From: Candidatus Portnoybacteria bacterium
GTDB taxonomy: Bacteria > Patescibacteriota > Minisyncoccia > Portnoybacterales > GWB1-42-6
Reading direction: 5' to 3'
DNA length: 64,000 nucleotides
Assembly: GCA_016208745.1 (NCBI GenBank)
Contig: JACQXN010000006.1
Span: forward strand, 67-64,066
A program made the position numbers and the translations under genes. Under the pieces are notes generated by a model. It saw only the letters and a program-made list of their open reading frames with translations. It made no database searches and had not been told where the DNA came from. Below are positions 20,521 to 29,368 of this stretch, one piece after another (the stretch's first letter is position 1; each line of letters starts with the position of its first letter).

Positions 20521-21373
20521 CAAATGTGTTATTCTGCCCTCGACTTTAGTCAGGGCAACTCTATATATCGCTATATAGTTCGGACTATATCTTCTCCGTG
20601 ATTTGCGGAGTTTGGCGTATAGTCTCTGGGGATTCTAAAAACTTGGATGGTTTGCACCGGTTAATTTTTTCCATTAAACCGGCGATCTTTTTCATTCCTC
20701 TGTACTTAAAATGTCTTTGAGAAATCATCATTTTGACGATCTTCGCGAACACTTTAAAATCTTTTTCTTTGGCGGTTTTGAGATTATTCTTTTCAAAAAA
20801 TGGAATAATCTTTGCATTCAAATCCGAAATGGATCTAACGCAATAACGAAAAAGGGGTTCTTTATGGTTGTCGTGGCGGCGGTTGATAAATATTTTTCCG
20901 CACTCAAAGAAATTTTGAATCATTTTTAATGAATTCAAACTTTTTTCTCCTTGAGTAACTACAAACTCCGGAAAAACTTGCCAACCAAATTTTGTTCTCG
21001 CGTTACGAATCATCGTAACGGAAAAACATCCTTCACCGTCAACATAACCAACTATCCATCCGATTGTTTTTAGCCTTTCCTGCGGATTGTCTGGCGCCTC
21101 TTCCTTAAAGGGCACACTGGTAGATTTTTTACTTGGCATAATGTTTCATTTGTTATGGTAACATTATACCATAGTATCTCCAGATACTCCAGATTTTCCC
21201 GTCCCGCAAGCCTTCCCTTATTGTGAAATTGTCACAATAACGTGACTTACGGATTCCCGAAATTGCATTTTTCCTTCGCAACCATACGGCTGCGGGATTG
21301 CGATTTGTTTCCAATCGCTTCGATCTTGGACAAATCGGGAACATATAGCCAAATTTTACTAAAGCAGTTTCCT
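20521..21373 (-). mobile_element. group I intron in the 23S gene at the position equivalent to E. coli U1931 (5' exon ends ..AAAGT, the intron ends in G, the 3' exon begins AGCGAAATTCC)
   Basis: Exon junction deduced by comparison with the conserved helix 69-71 sequence; the intron carries a homing-endonuclease ORF. Confidence 0.75.
20585..21139 (-). CDS. LAGLIDADG homing endonuclease (single-motif type) encoded in the intron
   Basis: GWIVGYVDGEGCF motif in a 184-aa ORF that lies within the 23S gene. Confidence 0.85.
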   Translation of the reverse strand: MPSKKSTSVPFKEEAPDNPQERLKTIGWIVGYVDGEGCFSVTMIRNARTKFGWQVFPEFVVTQGEKSLNSLKMIQNFFECGKIFINRRHDNHKEPLFRYCVRSISDLNAKIIPFFEKNNLKTAKEKDFKVFAKIVKMMISQRHFKYRGMKKIAGLMEKINRCKPSKFLESPETIRQTPQITEKI

Positions 21374-23583
21374 ACTTTAACACGATTATAGTTATCGCGG
21401 ACGTTCACTGGCGCTTAGCACAGTGAGCCTAGACGCACATCACCACATTCAGGCTAAACTTATAGTTTTACTCTTTATTGATTGGCGAAATTGCCGTCAT
21501 ATTAAAGAGCTTGCTTAATCTTTGAAGATTAAAAAGAAAAACTACAAATCTGCACTGAACGCAGTAAAGTGCGCCCAGACCCCCATGTTTAACGTTCCAG
21601 CACTGGTCAAGCGTCAGCCCCTATACTTCCTCTTGCGAGTTTGCAGGGACCTGTGTTTTTGGTAAACAGTCGCTTGGGGTCTTTAGCTGCGGCCCAATCG
21701 CATCGCGCTATGCACGACGCATAAATTTAAAATGTAAAAATCGAAAGTCAAAATTTAAGTGTCGCTTTGTGACAAATTATAATAAATTCGCCGCAGGCGA
21801 ATACCAAAATTTTACATTTTGCCCGCCCCGCTTCGCTTGGCGAGGCCGGGGATATTTTAATTTTGCATTTAGCGTCACACGCAGTGTGATGCGATCAGGC
21901 AGGTCATATTGCGAACTTACGACACGTTGTTTTGCCGAGTTCCTTAACGAGGACTCACTCGTTCGCCTGAGGCTACTCGCCTCGCCCACCTGTGTCGGTT
22001 TTCAGTACGGTTCCCTTATTTTTGACTCTAGAAGTTTTTCTTGGCAGCTCCTTCGTCCGAATTACCCCGCCTTCTAAGCCCGTCACCAAGATCTATAGAA
22101 CAAACTATTTTTTACCTCAAAAAAATAATGTCCTATAATCTGGTCATGAGCATAGAGGGCGGGGCTTTTCTCAATTTCGGAAATTATTCTGCCGGATTTG
22201 CCTGACAGACATTCCAAAACCAAGAATGATAATCCAATAAATCACTCAGACTTTTAAACTGCGTCACTCCGTTGAAAAAATAAGGAAGTGCAGGAATATT
22301 AACCTGCTGTCCATTATCCGAGCATCTCTGCTCTAGACTTAGGACCGACTAACCCTTGGATGATAATCATTGCCAAGGAAACCTTAGGCTTGCGGCGGTC
22401 CGGTCTTTCACCGGACTTGTGGTTACTTATTCCAACATTCTCTCTTCCTAACGCTCCAGCGAACCTCACGATTCGCCTTCACAGCAGTTAGAAATGCTCC
22501 CCTACCGCCTCGCGCTCCGCACGAAGAAATCCTAAATTAAAAATTCTAAATCCGAAACAAATTCCAAATTAAAATTTCCAAATCATAAAACGAAAATTTA
22601 ATTTAATTCTTGAATTTTGATCATTTGAATTTGTTTAGAGTTTGGGATTTAGTGCTAGAATTTCCTTGTGCGAAGCACAAGACCCATATCTTCGGTACTA
22701 AGCTTAGCCCCGATAAATCTTCGGTGCAAAATCTCTAGATTAGTGAGCTGTTACGCACTCTTTAAAGGATGGCTGCCTCTAAGCCAACCTCCTAACTGTT
22801 AGAGAAACTTCACCGCCTTGTTGACACTTAGCTTAGTTTAGGGACCTTAGATGATGATCTGGGCTGTTTCCCTTTTGACTATGGAGCTTCGCCCCCACAG
22901 TCTGACTCTGATGATAAAAATCTCGGCATTCGGAGTTTGATTAGGTCCGGTAGGAAAAATCCATCCAAACCCATTCAGTGCTCTACCTCCAAGACACAAA
23001 CATCAGGCTAGCCCAAAAGCTATTTCGGGGAGAACCAGCTATTACCAAGCTCGATTAGCTTTTCACTTCTTACCACAGCTCATCCCCCAGTGTTGCACGG
23101 CTGGTGGGTTCGGGCCTCCCCCTGATTTTACTCAGGGTTCACCCTGGCCATGGCAAGCTCGCCTTGGCTTCGGGTCTTAAATGTGCTGCATATTCACAGA
23201 TCGCAAATAGCTCGTCAGGCGCAGCCCGATAAGCGATTCGCAATAAGTGAAAGTCGCGCTATTAACACTTGGTTTCCCTATATCTCCGTCCCGAAGGACT
23301 TAGAAAAAGCAACACATATAAACTCGTTGGATCGTTCTGCAAAAAGCACACGGTCACCCACACGCATCTCGCTACTCGAGATGCTAAATTAAAAGTTTAA
23401 AGTTAAAATTTAAAAGTTATTGAGTGAAAAATTTTGAGACAAAATTTTTCACGAATTCCTAAATTTTTAACTTTTCATTTTTCATTTTTAACTTAGCGCA
23501 TCTTGCCCAGCAAGATGCGCGCAGGCTCCCATTCATTGTAAGTATATGGTTTCAGGGACTATTTCATCGCCCTCATCGGGCTG

Positions 23584-23622
<39 letters not shown>

Positions 23623-23918
23623 GATATTGAGTATTTAGCCTTGGCACAATAGTCGTGCCGGATTCCGACAAGGTAGTCTTGGCCTCGCCGTACTTAAGAA
23701 CAATAACTAGGAGCATAAAACCGTTTTCGCTTACGGGGCTATTACCCTCTTTGGCACCGGTTTTCCATCCGGTTTCTGCTAACGAAGCCTTATAATTTGA
23801 TCTCCCTCTGGAACCTAATCAACAAGTCCAAGAAGTTTACCCTGAGCTTGTCGAAGGGCTCCAGAACGTTATTACCTTACAACACCCATACACCGCACAT
23901 CGCTGAGCTCTGTGCGTG

Positions 23919-24056
23919 AAATGTCTAATTTCTAATTATTCTAATTTCTAAGCAAATCCCAAATTTTTAAATATCCAATAATAAAAAGTAGTATTTTGTC
24001 ATTGGAAATTGGAAATTCATTAGATTAATTAGACTAATTAGGTCAATTAGAAATTT
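23919..24056. repeat. 138-bp AT-rich palindromic element (arms AATTTCTAATT...ACCTAATT / AATTAGGT..AATTAGAAATT) inserted at a 23S domain I helix tip
   Basis: Same family as 24154-24247, 50463-50597 and 51001-51138; complementary flanking rRNA sequences close the helix. Confidence 0.6.
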
Positions 24057-24153
24057 CGCACGAAACGCAGTGAAGTGCGGTAGATGGGTTTAGGCTCTTC
24101 CCTTTTCGCTCGCCGCTACTGGGGGAATGAGCGGTCTCGCAATCGCTCGCCGC

Positions 24154-24247
24154 AATGTCTAATTTCTAATCCCTAATTTATCTAATCCAGTCCCGCAGGG
24201 CGGGACATTTTTAGAATAATTAGGTTAATTACGAATAATTAGAAATT
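24154..24247. repeat. 94-bp AT-rich palindromic element of the same family inside 23S, with a central gtcccgc/gcgggac hairpin
   Basis: Arm sequences shared with the other family members. The flanking rRNA motif GCGGCGAGCGA is duplicated across the element, consistent with a closing helix. Confidence 0.6.
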
Positions 24248-24327
24248 GCGCGTATCGAACGATAGTGAGATCGCCTTATTTTCTTTTCCTCCGCTTACTA
24301 GAATGTTTTACTTCAGCGGGTTAACTC

Positions 24328-24618
24328 CTGCTCAGATTTTTGGAGGGGATCATATTTATAGACGATCCCCCTAATAAATTAACATGCCCTAAGGCCTGTA
24401 TCATTGTATGTGACCAGGGCCACAAATGTCTCGCCAACGATAGCCAATGCGGTCGAAAGAACTTCGGGTTGTTCTTTTTTTTCCCATTGATTAATCTCTT
24501 CTCTTAATCGTACCATTGCACCCAAAGCATTCTCTGGCGGAACTCTTTCCACAACAAATTCCATTACCATACTATGTCCTCCTTTTTCAGAATTATTTAC
24601 TCCAAAAATCTGAGCAGG
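24328..24618 (-). other. intervening sequence of about 290 nt near the 23S 5' end, closed by a 19-bp inverted repeat (CCTGCTCAGATTTTTGGAG / CTCCAAAAATCTGAGCAGG) and containing a protein-coding ORF
   Basis: The insertion lies between conserved 23S segments (..GGGGAAACCC.. and ..GAAGTAAAACAT..), and the stem is a perfect 19 bp. Confidence 0.65.
24379..24570 (-). CDS. 63-aa hypothetical protein encoded inside the 23S intervening sequence (MVMEFVVERVPPENALGAMVRLREEINQWEKKEQPEVLSTALAIVGETFVALVTYNDTGLRAC)
   Basis: AAAGGAGG lies 7 nt upstream of the ATG. The longer track ORF 24379..24669 would read through conserved rRNA. Confidence 0.5.
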   Translation of the reverse strand: MVMEFVVERVPPENALGAMVRLREEINQWEKKEQPEVLSTALAIVGETFVALVTYNDTGLRAC

Positions 24619-24948
24619 TATACCGATTTTATCGGTATGGGTTTCCCCATTCGGATATCCCCGGATCAAAGCTTGCTAGACAGCTCCCCGAGGCTTAACG
24701 CAGTCACGCCACGTCCTTCATCGCCTCAATATCCCTAGGCATCCACCATACACCCTTAGCCATCTGTCTAAATTTTTGCCCCCAAGCCAAAGCTTGGGAT
24801 TGCCACGCTAAGCGCGGCCTAGATGACTAATAATTAAGTAACCATTAACGTTATCTGATTCTCTAATTTCACCCCGTCCCACAATACATTTGTGGCGGGG
24901 TTCTTTTATACCTGCTATATTCAATTTTCAAGTTGCTATCATTTTTCA

Positions 24949-24988
24949 TCAGCGGAAAAATGATAAATTTTTATCATTTTTCCGCTGA
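24949..24988. repeat. 40-bp perfect palindrome (tcagcggaaaaatgataa-attt-ttatcatttttccgctga) in the rRNA operon leader or upstream region
   Basis: 18-bp arms. Confidence 0.5.
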
Positions 24989-25179
24989 CACCCATAAGCC
25001 TTATGAGTCCTATCGGTCCTATTTTGAAATAAAAATCCGCTTCTTCTGGAAGCGGCCCGCTAAAACCAAAACGCAAACAAGACGTCTTTTATCCGCTTCC
25101 TTTATTTAATCTGGTGATATTTAACTTCATATTTTGGTTTAACATTCTTCTATCACGCCTAGCGTGATCTTCGTCCCTC

Positions 25180-25207
25180 ATTTTATCAAATTGACAGAGC
25201 CTGTCAA
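25180..25207 (-). promoter_or_regulatory. candidate sigma70-type promoter for the 23S-5S operon (TTGACA-N16-TAAAAT on the minus strand) within a TTGACAG/CTGTCAA palindrome
   Basis: -35 at 25202-25207 and -10 at 25180-25185, both on the minus strand. Confidence 0.5.
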
Positions 25208-25236
25208 TAGTCAAGGTGCACGAAATATTCACGCCT

Positions 25237-25266
25237 TGACTTTAACGGCGTTAATATATTAAAATA
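25237..25266 (+). promoter_or_regulatory. candidate promoter TTGACT-N18-TAAAAT for 25301..25630
   Basis: -35 and -10 hexamers located 35-65 nt upstream of the AAAGGAGG ribosome-binding site and ATG. Confidence 0.45.
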
Positions 25267-25300
25267 TTGAATTAAATAAAGTTCTTTAAAGGAGGTAAAA

Positions 25301-25630
25301 ATGCCGGTATTTATATACGAACCAGACGCATTTAAAAAAATCTGCCTGGTTGAAGGACCGGATTATGCCGAAAACCAAAAAGATTTCGGAATCTGCGGCT
25401 TCGATGCTTTTAAGAAACGGTGGGAAGAAGCAATAAAACAAAATCCGGCCTTAAAAGAAACCGAGGGTTGCTACGCCATATCCGTTGACTCCAACAGCGC
25501 AATTTATGGCTGGGGAGGATACAACCGCTACATTGTTTTCTATTCCGGCGAGATCCTTTTTTCAAGTAATCACGCGATAAACGAAGCCGCCCTGAAACTA
25601 GCGAAAGAAGTCGGCTTTCGCACCATATAA
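25301..25630 (+). CDS. hypothetical protein (109 aa)
   Basis: Strong ribosome-binding site AAAGGAGG 8 nt before the ATG. Confidence 0.6.
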   Translation: MPVFIYEPDAFKKICLVEGPDYAENQKDFGICGFDAFKKRWEEAIKQNPALKETEGCYAISVDSNSAIYGWGGYNRYIVFYSGEILFSSNHAINEAALKLAKEVGFRTI

Positions 25631-25693
25631 ATGCTCGCAAAAAACTCCTTAGAATTAATTAGGGAGTTTTTTTAATCCAATCAGTCAAGATTT

Positions 25694-26362
25694 TTAACTG
25701 TGGTTGCCATTACTTTTATCATTATTAACAAACAACATAATCTTTTTCTCAAAAAGATTCTCGGCGATTTTACTTAAGATTGCAAAAACGACCACAATGA
25801 GCGCTAGTCCTATAGTTAAAAGCTTAACATCATGCTTTATCTTTTCCAGATTATGGGCGAAAAAATATCCCAAAGACATAAATAAGGTGGTCCAAACGAT
25901 GGAAGCAATAAGTTGGTATTTTATAAATTGCCTGAAATTGAATTTGATTGCGCCGGCCGCGATTAAACTAATCCGATTCAAACCATACATAAACTTAGAT
26001 ATAAAAATGAAAAGTCCGCCATTTTTTTGCATCATCTGCTCAATTCTTTTAAATCTGACCGATGTCATAAAAAACCAACGACCATATTTGGAAATAAATT
26101 TATCCCCGTATTTTATGCCAACCAAAAACCAAAGATAGTCGCCAGCCAAAACTCCTAAAAATGAGATGAAAAATGAATCCCAGAAATCAAGATAATCCAG
26201 CCGAACCAACGCTCCGATTATTAATAGAGTCTCCTCGCCCAAAAAAATCAATAACAGAAAAATTAATCCGTAAATCAGGAAATGTGGGTAAGCTAAAAAA
26301 TTATATAGTAGCCTCGAGAGCATAAAAAGAAACCTCGAAACGAATACACCCGAATGACTCAA
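25694..26362 (-). CDS. DedA/VTT-domain family membrane protein (start may be the internal Met MLSRLLY)
   Basis: Multi-TM with DedA-like conserved segments GDYLWFLVG and GRWFF..RF. Confidence 0.6.
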   Translation of the reverse strand: MSHSGVFVSRFLFMLSRLLYNFLAYPHFLIYGLIFLLLIFLGEETLLIIGALVRLDYLDFWDSFFISFLGVLAGDYLWFLVGIKYGDKFISKYGRWFFMTSVRFKRIEQMMQKNGGLFIFISKFMYGLNRISLIAAGAIKFNFRQFIKYQLIASIVWTTLFMSLGYFFAHNLEKIKHDVKLLTIGLALIVVVFAILSKIAENLFEKKIMLFVNNDKSNGNHS

Positions 26363-26413
26363 ATATGATTCGAGTAATTCGGGTGTAATTCAATCCTGAT
26401 TCAAAATCTTAAA

Positions 26414-26575
26414 TTAGTCCTTTTTCTTGCCCATTATTCTAAACATCTTTGTGCCGCATTCTGGGCAGATTCCGGTCATTGCCCGACGTTCAACTCCGCC
26501 TTTGCCTTTCATGGCAACTTCTTTGGCGTCCTTCATTTCTCTTTTGGCTTTACATTTAACGCAATATGCTTCCAT
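26414..26575 (-). CDS. 53-aa zinc-ribbon protein (MEAYCVKCKAKREMKDAKEVAMKGKGGVERRAMTGICPECGTKMFRIMGKKKD), absent from the ORF track
   Basis: CxxC..CPEC motifs on the minus strand; the track's plus-strand ORF 26427..26612 is antisense to it. Confidence 0.5.
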   Translation of the reverse strand: MEAYCVKCKAKREMKDAKEVAMKGKGGVERRAMTGICPECGTKMFRIMGKKKD

Positions 26576-26729
26576 AAATTTTTGTTTTATTATAAAAAAT
26601 TATTCCTCCTGATCCTCTTCTGATACAAGAGGATAAAATCGACCTTAGAGATTTCCTTATATTAAATTTTGCCTAACTCTTATATTATACAGCTAAACTG
26701 GTTAATATGCAACTTATTTCTCCACATAT

Positions 26730-27113
26730 TCAGATTCTACCCATTTTTCGGCGTTTTTCCGCTTCCCTTATTTCTCTTTCCGAAGAACCGAAATGATGAG
26801 CAATTTCATGCCAAACCGTATTTTTTACAACCTCTTTAATGCTTTCGGGAGAATCAGTATAGGCTTCTATTGGTTTTCTAAAAATCGTGATTTTGTCCGG
26901 TAGGGCTGAATAAAAGGTTCCTCGCTTTATCTGCGGCACTCCCTCATAAAGCCCGAATAAAAAATCATCTTTCCTTAATTGAAGCTTCTTTTTCTGCTCT
27001 GGCGTTGGCTCATCATCAATAACAATCGCCACATTTTTCAATTTTGCCAAAAACTCTTTTGGAATCTGGGCAATTCCTTCTTCAACTAGTTTTTCAAATT
27101 CATTCATTTCCAT
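26730..27113 (-). CDS. zincin-like metallopeptidase (DUF1025-type, HExxH)
   Basis: WHEIAHHFG motif in a ~127-aa protein. Confidence 0.65.
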   Translation of the reverse strand: MEMNEFEKLVEEGIAQIPKEFLAKLKNVAIVIDDEPTPEQKKKLQLRKDDFLFGLYEGVPQIKRGTFYSALPDKITIFRKPIEAYTDSPESIKEVVKNTVWHEIAHHFGSSEREIREAEKRRKMGRI

Positions 27114-27194
27114 AGATTACGAATAACACAACCTATGTATAAAATCAATGCTTTATCATATTGAACTTGTTTCGGCATCTGATGGGACAAGAAG

Positions 27195-27260
27195 CATCTA
27201 GATTCCGGCTCCCTTCCGCCTTTGGCGGACGGACAAGCAAGGCCGGAATGACAAAATAAA
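27195..27260. repeat. GC-rich hairpin element attccggc..ccgcctttggcgg..gccggaat followed by gacaaaa; related to 1094-1240
   Basis: Shares the ..cgcctt.ggcggacgga.. and ggaatgacaaa segments with the reverse complement of 1094-1130. Confidence 0.4.
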
Positions 27261-27270
27261 ACTTTATTAA

Positions 27271-27633
27271 TCAGACAAGATTCTTCCTTCTGGCTAGAAC
27301 CTCCCAAACTTCTTCGGGAATTGGCGGCGGCTCATGAATAGGGCTTATACCCGGATACCGCCACGTACTGATAATCGTAATTTTCTTTAAACTTTTAACC
27401 TTAGACTTTAAACTTTTAACTTCTTGAAACATTGCCCAGATTTCATACGGATGCTTCTTTGAGCCGGTTTTTTGCATAACCGCTGTGGTGTTAGGCGCGA
27501 CGCCAACCTCTTTTCGGTCGGGGAAACGCAAAACACGCTTTATCCGGCTTTCGGATAAATTATATTGACGGAGCTTATGCCGGCTATGCTGAGTCCAGTA
27601 TAAATCATCTGACTTTGGTAAAGGATTCATCAT
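27271..27633 (-). CDS. hypothetical protein (120 aa)
   Basis: ORF with ATGA start/stop overlap to the upstream gene. Confidence 0.5.
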   Translation of the reverse strand: MMNPLPKSDDLYWTQHSRHKLRQYNLSESRIKRVLRFPDRKEVGVAPNTTAVMQKTGSKKHPYEIWAMFQEVKSLKSKVKSLKKITIISTWRYPGISPIHEPPPIPEEVWEVLARRKNLV

Positions 27634-28058
27634 TAAGCATTCTTATTCTTTGACTCTTTTTTTATAACTATCCAGTGATAAAGATATAAAGGCAGACCAA
27701 CCAAAATCATCGCTAAATTAAACGAAGCATCTCTTTGCCTTCTGGAGGTTACTGGATCAACATTGCTTCTTTGCTCTTTCCATTGATTATATGAAACCAG
27801 CCATTGTTGGATGTTAGCTTTTTCTGATTCACTTAAAGTGGTTTGCGCGCCAGTGCTTAAGTCTTGAAGTTTCTCAACCGCAATAGGCGCCGAAAACGGC
27901 TCTTTATACATAACTCTTTCTTCGTCTTCTGCTTTGGTAAAAACAAAAGCTTTAAGTCCCATATCAATAAACCTGATGCCACCGATTGTCAAAAGCACCA
28001 AGCCCAAAAGGGCGAAAGTATAAAGATAAAATGTTCTGATTAATGAATGTTTGTCCAT
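27633..28058 (-). CDS. hypothetical membrane protein (two TM helices)
   Basis: ORF with hydrophobic N- and C-terminal helices. Confidence 0.55.
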   Translation of the reverse strand: MDKHSLIRTFYLYTFALLGLVLLTIGGIRFIDMGLKAFVFTKAEDEERVMYKEPFSAPIAVEKLQDLSTGAQTTLSESEKANIQQWLVSYNQWKEQRSNVDPVTSRRQRDASFNLAMILVGLPLYLYHWIVIKKESKNKNA

Positions 28059-28065
28059 GATATTT

Positions 28066-28170
28066 AACTTCTTAGTTATTCCCTCCTCCCCTCAAATGAG
28101 GGGAGGATTAAGGTGGGGTGATAAAATTGATTTTCAACACCTCCTCTTTAATTCTCCTCCTCAACTGAGG
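28066..28170 (-). promoter_or_regulatory. two similar stem-loops whose stems are CCUCC / GGAGG (CCTCCCCTC-aaat-GAGGGGAGG and CTCCTCCTC-aact-GAGGAGGAG) in the leader of 27633..28058
   Basis: GC-rich hairpins in an AT-rich genome; the stems consist of Shine-Dalgarno and anti-Shine-Dalgarno-like sequence. Confidence 0.4.
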
Positions 28171-28226
28171 AGGAGAGGATAAATAAAAAAAATTTATTAA
28201 CTCGAAACAATTAATAGAGTAGTAAT

Positions 28227-28445
28227 TTATTTAATCTCCACTATCTTATTCCTACTAGATGCCCCTGAAGTAATTCTTATCCTTGAGCGCGCGACAGAAA
28301 AATATTGCGCCAATGCTTTAATTATTGCTTCATTGGCTCGACCTTTTTCTGGCGGCTCGCAAACTGCCACCACAAAATGAGTTTCCGATATTTTCTCAAT
28401 AAATTCCTTTCTAGCCCGGGGTTTTGCCTGAACAAATATTTTCAT
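28227..28445 (-). CDS. DUF167/YggU-family protein
   Basis: A 72-aa protein with the pattern ..PEKGRANEAIIKALAQYF.V..S.I.I.SG.SSR.K. Confidence 0.6.
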   Translation of the reverse strand: MKIFVQAKPRARKEFIEKISETHFVVAVCEPPEKGRANEAIIKALAQYFSVARSRIRITSGASSRNKIVEIK

Positions 28446-28539
28446 CTTATTATGGAGCGCCTTCCTTAATTTTATATTAATTCTACCCCTTCCTATATTC
28501 TGGCGTCAAACAAAAAAATAATAGTAAATTAACATTTGT

Positions 28540-28583
28540 AAATTTGCCAGTTAGTATGCTATAGCATACTAACTGGCAAATTT
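28540..28583. promoter_or_regulatory. 44-bp perfect palindrome with core AGTATGCTATAGCATACT, downstream of 28614..29225
   Basis: Perfect 22-bp arms; the core is shared with 29194-29226. Confidence 0.5.
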
Positions 28584-28613
28584 TTCTTTCTAGTCTTTCG
28601 TTCTAAGTAAAGC

Positions 28614-29225
28614 CTATAAATCAAAAATGTTTTTTAAATACAAATCATTATCTATCTTCTCTATTACGCCATAAAGTATATGGGGTTTTATTTGATAAAA
28701 TTCCGCGATAAAGTTAATTTCGTCTTCGCATTCAAACGGATGCACAAAGACACTTTTCTGTAATTCGTGGAATCCTATCTTTTTTAATCTGAACCTGAAA
28801 GCATCCCGCGCCATTTTTTGTTCCTCCGGAATGTCAAAAATTACAATCCTCCATTTTCTATCCCAAGCCTGCTTCTTAATTCTCATATCTTCTAATTGGT
28901 ATTTTAACGCCTTTGTTTTTCCATTGTCAGCCAAAACCATTGAAATAACGCCATCTCTATCCGTTTTTATATTAACTAACTTTGACCGATATAGTTCTCT
29001 TATATCTTGTTTTATTCTATCTTCTTTTATTTGTTTCCACCCTTTTCCAATTGCTTTTACTATATGAAATTGCCGTTCCGGGGAACGGTTAAGACAAAGA
29101 GCAGCGCCGCCCATCAATATAAGTAAAATTTTCTTTTTGTTGGTATTTAAATCACTCACTTTATTTATTTTTATTATACGCCATATCAATTTTGGAGTAA
29201 ATATGCTATAGCATAGTAACTCCAA
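28614..29225 (-). CDS. protein with a C-terminal Cas2/VapD-like domain (IVIFDIPEEQKMARDAFRFRLKKIGFHELQKSVFV) and an N-terminal possible winged-helix domain; PaaX-like architecture; flanked by related palindromes
   Basis: The C-terminal pattern resembles the Cas2/VapD fold signature (hh.YDh...RR.kh.k.L..yG.R.Q.SVF). Palindromes sit at the start and 30 nt after the stop. Confidence 0.4.
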   Translation of the reverse strand: MELLCYSIFTPKLIWRIIKINKVSDLNTNKKKILLILMGGAALCLNRSPERQFHIVKAIGKGWKQIKEDRIKQDIRELYRSKLVNIKTDRDGVISMVLADNGKTKALKYQLEDMRIKKQAWDRKWRIVIFDIPEEQKMARDAFRFRLKKIGFHELQKSVFVHPFECEDEINFIAEFYQIKPHILYGVIEKIDNDLYLKNIFDL

Positions 29226-29226
29226 A
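29194..29226. promoter_or_regulatory. palindrome ttggagtaaATATGCTATAGCATAgtaactccaa overlapping the start of 28614..29225; candidate operator
   Basis: Core TATGCTATAGCATA is shared with 28540-28583. Confidence 0.45.
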
Positions 29227-29290
29227 AAACACAGAAGAGACTCTCATTGTATGTTATATTTGATCTAATCATGGGTAATATTGTAAATAC

Positions 29291-29319
29291 TTGACACGTG
29301 GTTTAGTTTTTTATATCAT
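29291..29319 (+). promoter_or_regulatory. candidate promoter TTGACA-N17-TATCAT for the GNAT gene
   Basis: Canonical hexamers about 50 nt upstream of AAGGAGGG and the ATG at 29369. Confidence 0.5.
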
Positions 29320-29368
29320 AATTCATCGCACAAATCTGTCATTTAATAATCAAATAAGGAGGGATATT

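Noticed and set aside
20026-23392. Several track ORFs (20026..20457, 20279..20506, 21769..22077, 21777..21989, 23150..23392, 24516..24698) inside the 23S gene
   Set aside because: They lie within conserved rRNA sequence or rRNA insertions without ribosome-binding sites; only the LAGLIDADG ORF and the 63-aa ORF inside the intervening sequence have coding signals.
24873-24908. Plus-strand hairpin + TTCTTTT resembling an intrinsic terminator in the rRNA leader
   Set aside because: No plus-strand gene lies upstream; the imperfect stem lies inside the minus-strand rRNA precursor leader and is more likely part of its processing structure.
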